Of a stretch of 64,000 nt of DNA, positions 47,716 through 56,377 are shown piece after piece. This DNA comes from a bacterium (lineage in GTDB: Bacteria > Vulcanimicrobiota > Vulcanimicrobiia > Vulcanimicrobiales > Vulcanimicrobiaceae). Under the pieces are notes generated by a model. It saw only the letters and a list, made by a program, of their open reading frames with translations, was not told the origin of the DNA and did not search any database. The stretch spans positions 5,306 to 69,305 of the forward strand of contig JAJYMV010000055.1 in NCBI GenBank assembly GCA_021786705.1, written 5' to 3'. Position 1 is the stretch's first letter; the number at the start of each line of letters is the position of its first letter. The position numbers and the translations under genes were made by a program.

Positions 47716-48636
47716 CTACGACTTGTCGGCGATGACATTCCGCGGCACGCCGTCGAGAAACGGCGTCGGGTCGACCGGGGTACCGTCGTGCATGACCTGA
47801 TAATGGACGTGCGGGCCGGTGGCGAAGCCGGTCATTCCGACGCGACCGATCGTTTGCCCCTTGAGCACGTGCTCGCCGACGCGAACGTCGGCACTCGAAA
47901 GATGTGCGTACCAGGTGGCGTACCCGTTTCCGTGATCGATATCGACCATGAGGCCGTATCCGCCGTCGTACGACGCGGCGGTCACGATGCCGGCTGCCGC
48001 CGCTCGCACCGGCTCGCCCCAATCGGCGCCGAGATCGACGCCTTCGTGAAACTCAACGTCGGGATAGGTGCGATAGCAAAAACATCCGACGACCGGAGCA
48101 CCGGCGACCGGATCGATCGAGGGAATGTGCGCCACGAGCGCCGCTTGGGCGAGTGCGGTGATATTGCCGAGATTCAGCACGCGCACCGCTCGCGCGCGGG
48201 AACGCTCCGAGAGCGCGGCCGCACGCGCGGCGACGACGGCGAGTTCGTGAAGTCGAGCCCGAACGAGGCTCACCTTCGAGGTGCCGTGCGCTGATTTCTT
48301 CGCACTTCGAACCGGCGGAGGCGCGTTCACCGGCATCCCGATCGCGGCCTCGATGCGCCGATTCTCGCGTTCGACGCGTTCGAGCGTCGCGCGGAGCTGT
48401 TCGGTTTGCCGGTCGATCGAGGTGACGGTGCGCCGCTGATGCATCGTCACCGCTTCCAGGTGCGCGACTTCGTGATGCGCCATGCCCGCCGCGACGAGCG
48501 CGAAGGTCGCCGAACCCATTACCAGCAGCGCGAGTACCGTGCAGGCAACGACGATCGCGCGACGCGAGAGAACGAAGCGCCAGATACGTTCGCCGTTCTG
48601 CGGCACGAGCTTCACGTGATAGCGATCGAGAAACAT
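47716..48636 (-). CDS. M23-family metallopeptidase with an N-terminal TM helix and coiled coil
   Basis: HEGVDLGADWGEPVRAAAAG...VDIDHGNGYATWYAHL...GMTGFATGPHVHYQV (HxxxD and HxH zinc motifs). Confidence 0.9.
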   Translation of the reverse strand: MFLDRYHVKLVPQNGERIWRFVLSRRAIVVACTVLALLVMGSATFALVAAGMAHHEVAHLEAVTMHQRRTVTSIDRQTEQLRATLERVERENRRIEAAIGMPVNAPPPVRSAKKSAHGTSKVSLVRARLHELAVVAARAAALSERSRARAVRVLNLGNITALAQAALVAHIPSIDPVAGAPVVGCFCYRTYPDVEFHEGVDLGADWGEPVRAAAAGIVTAASYDGGYGLMVDIDHGNGYATWYAHLSSADVRVGEHVLKGQTIGRVGMTGFATGPHVHYQVMHDGTPVDPTPFLDGVPRNVIADKS

Positions 48637-48639
48637 TTG

Positions 48640-49182
48640 TTATACTCCCGCAGAAACGTCGCCGCGCGTCGCCGATGCCTTAGCCCGCTCGATGGCGGCG
48701 ATCTCTTCTTCCGAAGCATTGCTCTCGCAGAGAAACGCGCGCACGCTCTTACCGTAGGTCCTGGTGTCGGCGCGCGAATAGATGCTGTTCAATACCACGC
48801 CGTCGCCCCGGCGATTGAGCAGTGCGAGCGCATAGGAGAGCGTCGAACCGGTGTCCTCGTAGGCGTCGTAACGGACGAACCCGACGAGCGAGAGATCGCT
48901 TTGCGCGAGCCCTTCGAGCGTGGCGATCCGTGCCGCGCTCTCGTCGCCGCGTCGCTCCGCCGCGTGCAGCGCCGCCTCGAGGCCCGCAATACGCTCCGAG
49001 GCGCGCCCGGCCGACCCGCCGAGCAAATCGTCGTGAATCTGCAACAACTTCACCAGCGCCGGAAGATTCTTTCCAAGTCGGAGCAAGGCGAGAATTCCCA
49101 ACACGAGGGCGATCGCTCCGAGGAGAATCCCACCGAGGGCGAGCGCCGCGAGCAAGTCGGGCGATAAATTCGACGACAGCAT
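48640..49182 (-). CDS. DUF4446-family protein
   Basis: N-terminal TM helix, a coiled segment, and VGFVRYDAYEDTGSTLSYALALLNRRGDGVVLNSIYSR, which matches my recollection of the DUF4446 core. Confidence 0.7.
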   Translation of the reverse strand: MLSSNLSPDLLAALALGGILLGAIALVLGILALLRLGKNLPALVKLLQIHDDLLGGSAGRASERIAGLEAALHAAERRGDESAARIATLEGLAQSDLSLVGFVRYDAYEDTGSTLSYALALLNRRGDGVVLNSIYSRADTRTYGKSVRAFLCESNASEEEIAAIERAKASATRGDVSAGV

Positions 49183-49330
49183 CTTCTCCTAACGTTGATC
49201 TTTCGATACACACCACGACGGAAGCCGGGTTGACTCGCGGCACCCGCGCCGATTCGCGAACCGTTGCTCCCTTCCGGGCCTGGCGGGGTTGACGAGGGCG
49301 CGCCGCGCGAGGCCCGGCCCCCATCATGGC
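49183..49330 (-). promoter_or_regulatory. long GC-rich structured 5' leader of the DUF4446-M23-yggT run (possible riboswitch; unconfirmed)
   Basis: On the minus strand, an extended -10-like TGCTATCAT lies at 49345-49337. About 150 nt of hairpin-rich leader follows, ending in the AGGAG Shine-Dalgarno 8 nt before ATG 49182. Confidence 0.3.
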
Positions 49331-49406
49331 CTGCGCATGATAGCACGCGACTGCCAAGGGGGGTAAAGCGAGAGAAGTCGCAGCGCGCCCGACGCCCTAG
49401 GACGCC

Positions 49407-50468
49407 CTAGGAGGCGGCTTCCGTGAAGCCCGGAGGGATCGAGAAGAGCTGCTCGGCCTCGGGGCGGTAGAGCCAGCGCACGTTTCCGCGCTCCAGCAAC
49501 GATCCGAATTGCCCCTTCTCGCCGCTCTGCATCTCCATGAGGCGGTAGAGCACGAGTTTATGACCGGGGCTCAACAACGCGGCGGAGCCGGCATTTTTCG
49601 TCGCAACGTGCGGCTTGCAGCCCCCGCGAGCGACCGCGCTCTCCGGCGAGGTCGGCGGCGCCCCGGCAACGCGCGGAAGCGGACAGTAGGCGCGCCATTT
49701 GTCGATCCCCGAGATATAGCGAACGATGCTCATGCTCGAGGAGCCGTTTCGGCACGAGCCCGTCGCGCCGGAGGTCGTCATCGAGAGCTGCGTTTGCGTC
49801 CCTTGCGTCCGATATCCCTCGAGCATCTTCGAACCGAGGCTCCGCTCCGAACTCGAGATCGTCATCGTCGCCGTTCCCGGAGCCATGTCGACCATATTCC
49901 CGGGCATCTGCGGCATCGTTGAAGAAGCCGGCGGCGCGGCGACGCACCCATCGCTCGTCTTCACGACGCGATACGTCTTCTTCGCGAGATCGAGAAAGAT
50001 CGTCTCGTGCCGATCGCATTTTTCGATCGTTGCGGTATGCTGCACCGGCTCGTCGATCCGTACCCAATTTTTATAGAACGTCATTCGCTCGAGCGAGCCG
50101 TCGCGCATCATCTCCAGCATCGATTGCATCGACGCCGGGCCGCCGGCGACGTGCTTCATCATGCCGCGCGCGAGCATGCCGCCCAAACTCGGAAAGCCGT
50201 GGTGCGCCGGTTGCGGCGACGGGGTCGCGTCGGCGAGCGCGATCAAGTGGCGATAACTTTCGTCGAAACTTCCAGGAGGCGGAGCCGTCGCCGGAGGCAT
50301 CACCATGCGCGAGATTTGATCGTACTGAAGCGCGACCGGGGTTGGGGTTGGGGTCGGCCTGGGTTCCCCGGGCTTACCGGCCGACGTCGAATGCGCGCCG
50401 AGCGGAGCGGCGGCAAGAACGAGCGTGCAGAGAGCCGCAGCGGTTGCCGCATATCGTAGAGACGTCAT
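49407..50468 (-). CDS. secreted protein of unknown function (Met-rich)
   Basis: Start refined to ATG 50468 (MTSLRYAATAAALCTLVLAAAPLGAHS = signal peptide). PTPTPTP linker. No family recognised. Confidence 0.55.
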   Translation of the reverse strand: MTSLRYAATAAALCTLVLAAAPLGAHSTSAGKPGEPRPTPTPTPVALQYDQISRMVMPPATAPPPGSFDESYRHLIALADATPSPQPAHHGFPSLGGMLARGMMKHVAGGPASMQSMLEMMRDGSLERMTFYKNWVRIDEPVQHTATIEKCDRHETIFLDLAKKTYRVVKTSDGCVAAPPASSTMPQMPGNMVDMAPGTATMTISSSERSLGSKMLEGYRTQGTQTQLSMTTSGATGSCRNGSSSMSIVRYISGIDKWRAYCPLPRVAGAPPTSPESAVARGGCKPHVATKNAGSAALLSPGHKLVLYRLMEMQSGEKGQFGSLLERGNVRWLYRPEAEQLFSIPPGFTEAAS

Positions 50469-50574
50469 GAAGAGAGTCCTCCCTTGCTTGAATTGCCCTA
50501 CGAGCTTCGAAACGCCGTCCATCCTCCCTTCCGCTTGCGGGGCTCGTCGAACCGCTGGAAGAACAGCGCCCTTC

Positions 50575-50781
50575 ATGGCTGACGTAACGATTAAGGTCCG
50601 CGAAAGCGGCCCCTACTTAGTGAAGGGTCCCGTGACGATCGTGGATGTCGACGGCCGCCCCTATCGTGTCGAAGGGGAGAACGCGGCGCTCTGCCGCTGC
50701 GGTCGATCGAAGAGCAAACCGTTTTGCGACGGCTCGCACCGCGACGGATTTATCGCAACCGAGCGAGCACCCGAGGCGTAG
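50575..50781 (+). CDS. CDGSH-type iron-sulfur domain protein
   Basis: Start refined to ATG 50575. 68 aa with the canonical CRCGRSKSKPFCDGSH motif. Confidence 0.8.
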   Translation: MADVTIKVRESGPYLVKGPVTIVDVDGRPYRVEGENAALCRCGRSKSKPFCDGSHRDGFIATERAPEA

Positions 50782-50784
50782 GAA

Positions 50785-51939
50785 ATGCCGAGCTATCATG
50801 CAGCGGGCGAACTTCCCGAGAAGCGCCACATCCAATTTCGTCGCCCCGACGGCGGACTCTATGCCGAGGAACTCTTCTCGACGCGCGGATTCGAGAGCAT
50901 CTACTCGTTGCTCTATCACGAGCGTCCGCCGACGGCGACTCGCGAGGTGCGCAAATGGCATCGCTCGCGCGTGGAGCTCCACGAGAACGATCCGCTGCGC
51001 AACCGGCATTTCATTACCGGGAAATTAACGCTCTCCGGCGACGCGATCGATTCGCGCACGCCGATCCTCGGAAACGACGACTTGCTGCTTTCGCTTGCGA
51101 CGGCGCGCGAACCGATGACGAGCTTTTACCGCAACGTCGGCGGCGACGAGCTGTTGTTTATCCACCGCGGCACGGGAACGTTCGAAACGCCGTTCGGGCG
51201 GCTCGACTATCGCCCGCTCGATTACATCCTCATGCCGACGGGCACGACATGGCGAATCGTTCCCACCGAAGCGACCGACATGGTGGTTCACGAATCGGTC
51301 GGCATGGTGAGCGTGCCGCGAAAATATCGCAATGAATTCGGGCAACTCGAAGAGCACGCGCCGTACTACGAACGAGATTTTCGCGCACCGGTCTTGGGGC
51401 CGCCGAGCCTCGATCCAGGGGCGTACGAAATTCGCGTGACCAATCGGGGACGAAACGCCATCTATATCGTGGAAAATCATCCCTGCGACGTCGTCGGTTG
51501 GGACGGCTATTGCTATCCGTATGCGTTCAATCTTCTGGACTTCATGCCGATTACCGGGAAACTCCACCAGCCACCGACCGCGCACGCAACCTTCGAAGCG
51601 CCGGGTGCGGCGTTCTGCGCGTTCGTGCCGCGCCTCTTCGATTACCATCCGCTAGCGATTCCGGTTCCGTACAATCATTCCAGCGTCGACTGCGATGAAG
51701 TACTCTATTACGTGAGCGGCAACTTCATGAGTCGGCGCGGAGTCGTCGAAGGCTCGATCACGCTCCATGCCGCAGGCGCGCCGCACGGGCCGCAGCCCGG
51801 TGCGGTCGAGGCGAGCCTCGGAAAGCGCGAGACCGACGAAATCGCGATTATGGTCGATACGTTCAAGCCGCTAAAGGTCGCTCGGGAAGCGACCCTCTGC
51901 GAGGACGAACAGTACTACCGCTCGTGGTCGACGACGTAG
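50785..51939 (+). CDS. hmgA: homogentisate 1,2-dioxygenase
   Basis: 384 aa. N-terminal YHAAGELPEKRHIQFRRPDGGLYAEELFSTRGF, cupin core, C-terminal HAAGAPHGPQPG. Lies next to fahA and hppD. Confidence 0.85.
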   Translation: MPSYHAAGELPEKRHIQFRRPDGGLYAEELFSTRGFESIYSLLYHERPPTATREVRKWHRSRVELHENDPLRNRHFITGKLTLSGDAIDSRTPILGNDDLLLSLATAREPMTSFYRNVGGDELLFIHRGTGTFETPFGRLDYRPLDYILMPTGTTWRIVPTEATDMVVHESVGMVSVPRKYRNEFGQLEEHAPYYERDFRAPVLGPPSLDPGAYEIRVTNRGRNAIYIVENHPCDVVGWDGYCYPYAFNLLDFMPITGKLHQPPTAHATFEAPGAAFCAFVPRLFDYHPLAIPVPYNHSSVDCDEVLYYVSGNFMSRRGVVEGSITLHAAGAPHGPQPGAVEASLGKRETDEIAIMVDTFKPLKVAREATLCEDEQYYRSWSTT

Positions 51940-51955
51940 GCCGCCCGCGGCCTAC
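51936..51955 (+). terminator. palindrome overlapping the hmgA TAG stop codon
   Basis: GTAGGCCG-cccg-CGGCCTAC: 8-bp stem. No U-tract. Confidence 0.3.
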
Positions 51956-52059
51956 CGAATTGCCCCGCTGAGAACCGTCACCCCGACCGGAACCGAGATC
52001 GCGTTTGTCTGCCCATCGGGCAACAGCGCTTTCCGAAGGGCCCACGCGCGTTCGCGTTC

Positions 52060-53367
52060 TTACGCGAATCGATCGCTCTCCGCGGGCATCACGCGCCCTT
52101 GTGCCGCGCCGAATCCGATGGAACGAAACCCCTCGCGCTCGCAGCGAGCGAGCAGCGTTACCTCGTCCCCATCCTCAAGAAACGCGCGCTTCTCGCCGTC
52201 GGGCAGCTCCAACGGGTGCGCACCGTTCTCGGTCAGTTCGATCAGGCTCCCTTGGGAGCCGGGGAGCGCGCCGCTGATCGTTCCCGATGCAAAAAGATCG
52301 CCGGGGCGAATCGTTGCACCGTTACTCGCGGCGTGCGTGAGCTGCTGCGCCTGGCTCCAGTACATCGATGCAAAACTCGTCCGCGAGATCGTCGATGGAT
52401 CGCATCCGCGCTCCCGCATCGACGCACTCGAGAGCCGCACCGAGAGGGCGATCGAAAAATTCTCGGGATCGTGGCGTTGGAGATAGGGGAGTGGAGCTGG
52501 AATCTGCACGGGCCCCGCGACGCGAAAAGGCTCGAGGGCATCCATCGTCACCACCCACGGTGAGATCGTCGTCGCAAACGATTTCCCAAGAAAAGGACCC
52601 AACGGCTGATACTCCCAGCTTTGAATATCGCGGGCGCTCCAATCGTTGACCAAGACGCTTCCGAAGATATGCTCGCGAACTCGCTCGCCGGGAATGCGCT
52701 CGCCGAGCGCGGTGCCGGGCCCGGCGAAGAACCCGATCTCAAGTTCGATATCGAGCCGTCGGCTCGGCGCGAAGACCGGCGCCTCCGCCTCGGGACTCTT
52801 GCGCTGCCCGCACGGACGACGAATCGGCGTCCCGCTCGGAACGATCGTTGCACTGCGTCCGTGATAGCCGATGGGAATCCAACGCCAGTTCGGCAACAGA
52901 GGGTCGCCGGTGGGGCGAAAGAGGCGCCCGAGATTCGTTGCATGTTCGAGGGATGAATAGAAGTCGATGTAATCGCCGATCCTCGCCGGAAGATGCATTC
53001 GCGCTTCGCCGAAACTGCAGAATGCATCGGGCATATCGCGCAGCGCGCGCGCTCCACCGACGCGCAACAGATCGCTGAGCCTGCCGCGCAACGCGCGCCA
53101 TACCGGGCGTCCCGCCGCCATCAGTTCGTTGAGTCGCTCGCCGCAGAGCATCGCACGATCGGCGACCTCATCGAGATGCCCCGCTTCGGCGATCGCGCGC
53201 AGATCGAGGATACGGTCGCCGATCGCGACGCCGATTCGAGGATCGCGCCGTTCCGTCGAAAAGATGCCGAACGGAAGGTTTTGGATTGGAAAATCGCTCT
53301 CGGGAGCAACCTCGATCCAACTTACCCGCTCCGGATCGTGGGTTTCGTCGAGTTCGAGCGCGCTCAT
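52060..53367 (-). CDS. fahA: fumarylacetoacetase
   Basis: Start refined to ATG 53367 (MSALELDETHDP...SDFPIQNLPFGIF). IGDYIDFYSS, GYHGRS, VLVNDWSARDIQ, DLFASGTISG. Confidence 0.93.
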   Translation of the reverse strand: MSALELDETHDPERVSWIEVAPESDFPIQNLPFGIFSTERRDPRIGVAIGDRILDLRAIAEAGHLDEVADRAMLCGERLNELMAAGRPVWRALRGRLSDLLRVGGARALRDMPDAFCSFGEARMHLPARIGDYIDFYSSLEHATNLGRLFRPTGDPLLPNWRWIPIGYHGRSATIVPSGTPIRRPCGQRKSPEAEAPVFAPSRRLDIELEIGFFAGPGTALGERIPGERVREHIFGSVLVNDWSARDIQSWEYQPLGPFLGKSFATTISPWVVTMDALEPFRVAGPVQIPAPLPYLQRHDPENFSIALSVRLSSASMRERGCDPSTISRTSFASMYWSQAQQLTHAASNGATIRPGDLFASGTISGALPGSQGSLIELTENGAHPLELPDGEKRAFLEDGDEVTLLARCEREGFRSIGFGAAQGRVMPAESDRFA

Positions 53368-54296
53368 ACGAGCCACCCGAGGGCAACGAGATCCGCGATC
53401 GGCTCTTCGAAGCTGCAACTACCGTACGAGCGGAACCCGCAACTCCGCGTGCGCTCGAGCGTCGCGAGTTCGCAACGTCGGCCGCGCCACGAGAGGCCGT
53501 CGGCGGCGAAAAGAAAGGCTTCGCTCGAACGCTCGGCGAGGACCGCTTCGATCTCCTCGAAAGGCGCGCCCTGTGTCGCCAAGCACGCCGCCGTCAGCAG
53601 ATTGACGAAGCCGTGCATTTCGAAACCCGAGCCGGCGGCACGGTGCGCGAGCGGATGGTGCAGGCCGGCAGTCGCCTTCCACGCGACGCCGTGTTCGGCA
53701 CAGGCCCGCACGTGCGCCGCAAGCTCCGCGGGCGACGGAAATGCCTCGGCGACGAGCCCACCGCAGCGCATCTTCGAGCGCAGGCGCGTGCGCGCGAGCG
53801 ATTCGACCGCAGCGGGCAACTCGCGGGGCCAGCGCTCGTCGCGCGGAAACTCCACGTAGCACGGAAGGTGGCGCAATCCGAACCGGTCGAGCAATGCCCC
53901 GATCTGCGAGAGAACGGCGCCGTAGCTCTCCCTCGCCGCTCGGAGCGGCGGTACCGGAATCTCCAGCGAAGCCACGAGAACGGGCCCCGCGTCGCGCGAT
54001 CCCTCGGCGAGCGTTTCGAGCTGCGCGGAGATCTCGTTGAGCCAGAACGGCGATGCTCGCGGCGCATCGAGAATGACGCTCGCTTCGATCGCCGCGGTAT
54101 CCCCGTGAAGGACCGCCAACTCCGAGAAGCGCGAATAGGGGAGGATGTAGCGGCCGAGCAGCCAGGCGCGCGGGGAGCGCAGCAACCGGCAATACTCCGC
54201 GTGTGCCTCCGGCAACGGGAGTTGGGCCGGCGGAAAGAGCCCCGCGTAGTCGATCGATCCGGTAAACATCGCCCGTGCGAGCGCCTCGGTCATCAT
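53364..54296 (-). CDS. conserved-looking hypothetical protein, translationally coupled to fahA
   Basis: Start taken as ATG 54296 or 54293, because the upstream part of the track ORF would cross the hppD start. ATGA overlap with the fahA start. Motifs GLFPPAQL, KMRCGG, AWKATAGLHHP. No family name recalled. Confidence 0.6.
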   Translation of the reverse strand: MMTEALARAMFTGSIDYAGLFPPAQLPLPEAHAEYCRLLRSPRAWLLGRYILPYSRFSELAVLHGDTAAIEASVILDAPRASPFWLNEISAQLETLAEGSRDAGPVLVASLEIPVPPLRAARESYGAVLSQIGALLDRFGLRHLPCYVEFPRDERWPRELPAAVESLARTRLRSKMRCGGLVAEAFPSPAELAAHVRACAEHGVAWKATAGLHHPLAHRAAGSGFEMHGFVNLLTAACLATQGAPFEEIEAVLAERSSEAFLFAADGLSWRGRRCELATLERTRSCGFRSYGSCSFEEPIADLVALGWLV

Positions 54297-54360
54297 CGTT
54301 CGCGCCGTTTGCCCGAGGGGGCACAAGGGCCCTGCCGACATCCCCGCTAAGACGGATGCC

Positions 54361-55488
54361 ATGAGCACAACGCACGCCTCGCAGGCCTCCGAAGAGACGA
54401 CCCCGCTCGCACAGATCGACTGGGATCACGTCGAGTTTTATGTCGGAAACGCCAAACAAGCATCGCAATTTTATCAATGCACGTTCGGGTTCGAACAGAT
54501 CGCGTACGCCGGTCCCGAAACTGGTCTGCACGATCGCGCGAGCTACGTTCTCGAACAACACGACCTCCGCTTCGTGCTCACGTCGAGTTTGCGCGGCGAC
54601 GACGCGATCGCCGAGCACGTCAAGTTGCACGGCGACGGCGTGCGCGACGTTGCAATCCGCGTGGACGATACCCGCGGAGCCTGGGAGATGGCGGTTCGCG
54701 GTGGGGCGCGTTCGCTGCTGGAACCGACCGAGCGCCGCGACGACCGCGGACGGGTCGTCGTCGCTACGATCGCAACGTACGGCGATACCGTACACACCTT
54801 CGTTCAGCGCGACGGATACGACGGCGTCTTTCTTCCCGGCTTCGTAGCCGCCCGGAAAAGCTACGCGCGCGCATCGAAGCCGCATCTCCTGGCGATCGAC
54901 CATTGCGTCGGAAACGTCGGTTGGGGAGAGATGGACGCCTGGGGCGACTTTTACCACAAAGTTTTCGGATTCTCTCAACTGATTTCGTTCGACGATAAAG
55001 ACATCTCGACCGAGTACACCGCACTGAAATCGAAAGTGATGAGCGATCCGCGCCATCGCGTGAAGTTTCCCATTAACGAACCCGCTCATGGAAAAAAGAA
55101 ATCCCAAATCGAAGAGTACCTCGATTTTTATCGCGGAGCGGGCGTTCAGCACATCGCGATACGCACCGACGATATCGTCGCCACGATCGATGCCCTCCGC
55201 GAGAACGGGGTCGAGTTCCTCGACACGCCGGATTCCTATTACGAAGATCTGCGGGCCCGGGTCGGCGACATCGACGAAGATATCGACGTTCTGCACGCCC
55301 GCAAGATCCTCGTCGATCGCGACGATCTCGGGTATATGTTGCAAATCTTCACCAAGCCGTTGCAAGATCGGCCAACGGTATTTTTCGAAATCATCCAGCG
55401 CAAGGGGAGCCTCTCCTTCGGCAAAGGAAATTTCAAAGCACTCTTCGTGTCGATTGAAAAAGAGCAAGAGAAGCGCGGCACCTTGTAG
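54361..55488 (+). CDS. hppD: 4-hydroxyphenylpyruvate dioxygenase
   Basis: HVEFYVGNAKQ, two VOC/glyoxalase-like halves, GVQHIAIRTDDI, C-terminal FFEIIQRKG...FGKGNFKALF. Confidence 0.95.
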   Translation: MSTTHASQASEETTPLAQIDWDHVEFYVGNAKQASQFYQCTFGFEQIAYAGPETGLHDRASYVLEQHDLRFVLTSSLRGDDAIAEHVKLHGDGVRDVAIRVDDTRGAWEMAVRGGARSLLEPTERRDDRGRVVVATIATYGDTVHTFVQRDGYDGVFLPGFVAARKSYARASKPHLLAIDHCVGNVGWGEMDAWGDFYHKVFGFSQLISFDDKDISTEYTALKSKVMSDPRHRVKFPINEPAHGKKKSQIEEYLDFYRGAGVQHIAIRTDDIVATIDALRENGVEFLDTPDSYYEDLRARVGDIDEDIDVLHARKILVDRDDLGYMLQIFTKPLQDRPTVFFEIIQRKGSLSFGKGNFKALFVSIEKEQEKRGTL

Positions 55489-56367
55489 ATGAAGCGCGTC
55501 TGCGTCGATGCCGTCATGCTCGAATCGCGATCGAACGAGCTGGCGGCTCGGTCGATCAAGGGCGAGACGAAGCGCGCGTGGATCGATCTCGCAATATCGT
55601 GCATCGATCTGACGACGTTGGAGGGACGCGATTCCCCGGGGCGCGTGCGATCGCTCTGTGCGAAGGCACGGACCCCGCTCCCCGGAAGCGACGCTCCATC
55701 GGTTGCCGCGGTCTGCGTCTATCCGAATTTCGTCGGCATCGCGCGCCGAGCGCTCGAAGGGAGCGCGATTCGCGTCGCCTCGGTAGCGACGGCATTTCCG
55801 GCGGGTCAGAGCGAACTTGCGGTAAAACTCGCCGACACCGAGCAAGCCTTAGGTGCCGGTGCCGATGAGATCGACATGGTTATCGATCGCGGCGCGTTTC
55901 TCAGCGGCGACGAAGATCGCGTCGTCGCCGAAATTCGTGCCGTGAAAGATCGATGCGGCGACCGACATCTCAAAGTCATCCTCGAAACCGGAGAGCTGGG
56001 AAGTTACACCGCAATCCGTCGTGCCTGCGACCTCGCACTCGAAGCGGGCGCCGATACGATTAAGAGTTCGACGGGAAAAATCGGGACTAATGCCACCTTC
56101 CCGACGGCACTTGCGATGTGCGATGCGCTGGCATCCTTTTTCCGTCGCACCGGCGTGCGGCGCGGGCTCAAACTCGCCGGAGGCATACGCAACACAAAAC
56201 AGGCGCTCGGATATCTTGCAATCCTCAACGAGACGCTCGGCGAACCCTGGTTGGACCCGGGCTCGTTCCGTTTCGGCGCGAGCGCGCTTCTCGACGACCT
56301 CCTGATGCAACGCGAACGCGTTCGCACCGGTCACTACACGCGCCCGGAACGCATTCCGAAGGATTGA
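55489..56367 (+). CDS. deoC: deoxyribose-phosphate aldolase (long form)
   Basis: IDLTTLEG, VAAVCVYP, GADEIDMVI, LKVILETGEL, and the Schiff-base region IKSSTGK. Confidence 0.88.
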   Translation: MKRVCVDAVMLESRSNELAARSIKGETKRAWIDLAISCIDLTTLEGRDSPGRVRSLCAKARTPLPGSDAPSVAAVCVYPNFVGIARRALEGSAIRVASVATAFPAGQSELAVKLADTEQALGAGADEIDMVIDRGAFLSGDEDRVVAEIRAVKDRCGDRHLKVILETGELGSYTAIRRACDLALEAGADTIKSSTGKIGTNATFPTALAMCDALASFFRRTGVRRGLKLAGGIRNTKQALGYLAILNETLGEPWLDPGSFRFGASALLDDLLMQRERVRTGHYTRPERIPKD

Positions 56368-56377
56368 CGACGGCCTT

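Noticed and set aside
53419-55845. 808-aa ORF on the minus strand, the longest unexplained ORF in the track
   Set aside because: It is antisense to hppD and deoC and out of frame with the hypothetical gene. It is rich in Arg, Ala and Gly with no recognisable motifs. The opposite-strand genes have unambiguous family signatures. This is a typical shadow ORF in GC-rich DNA.
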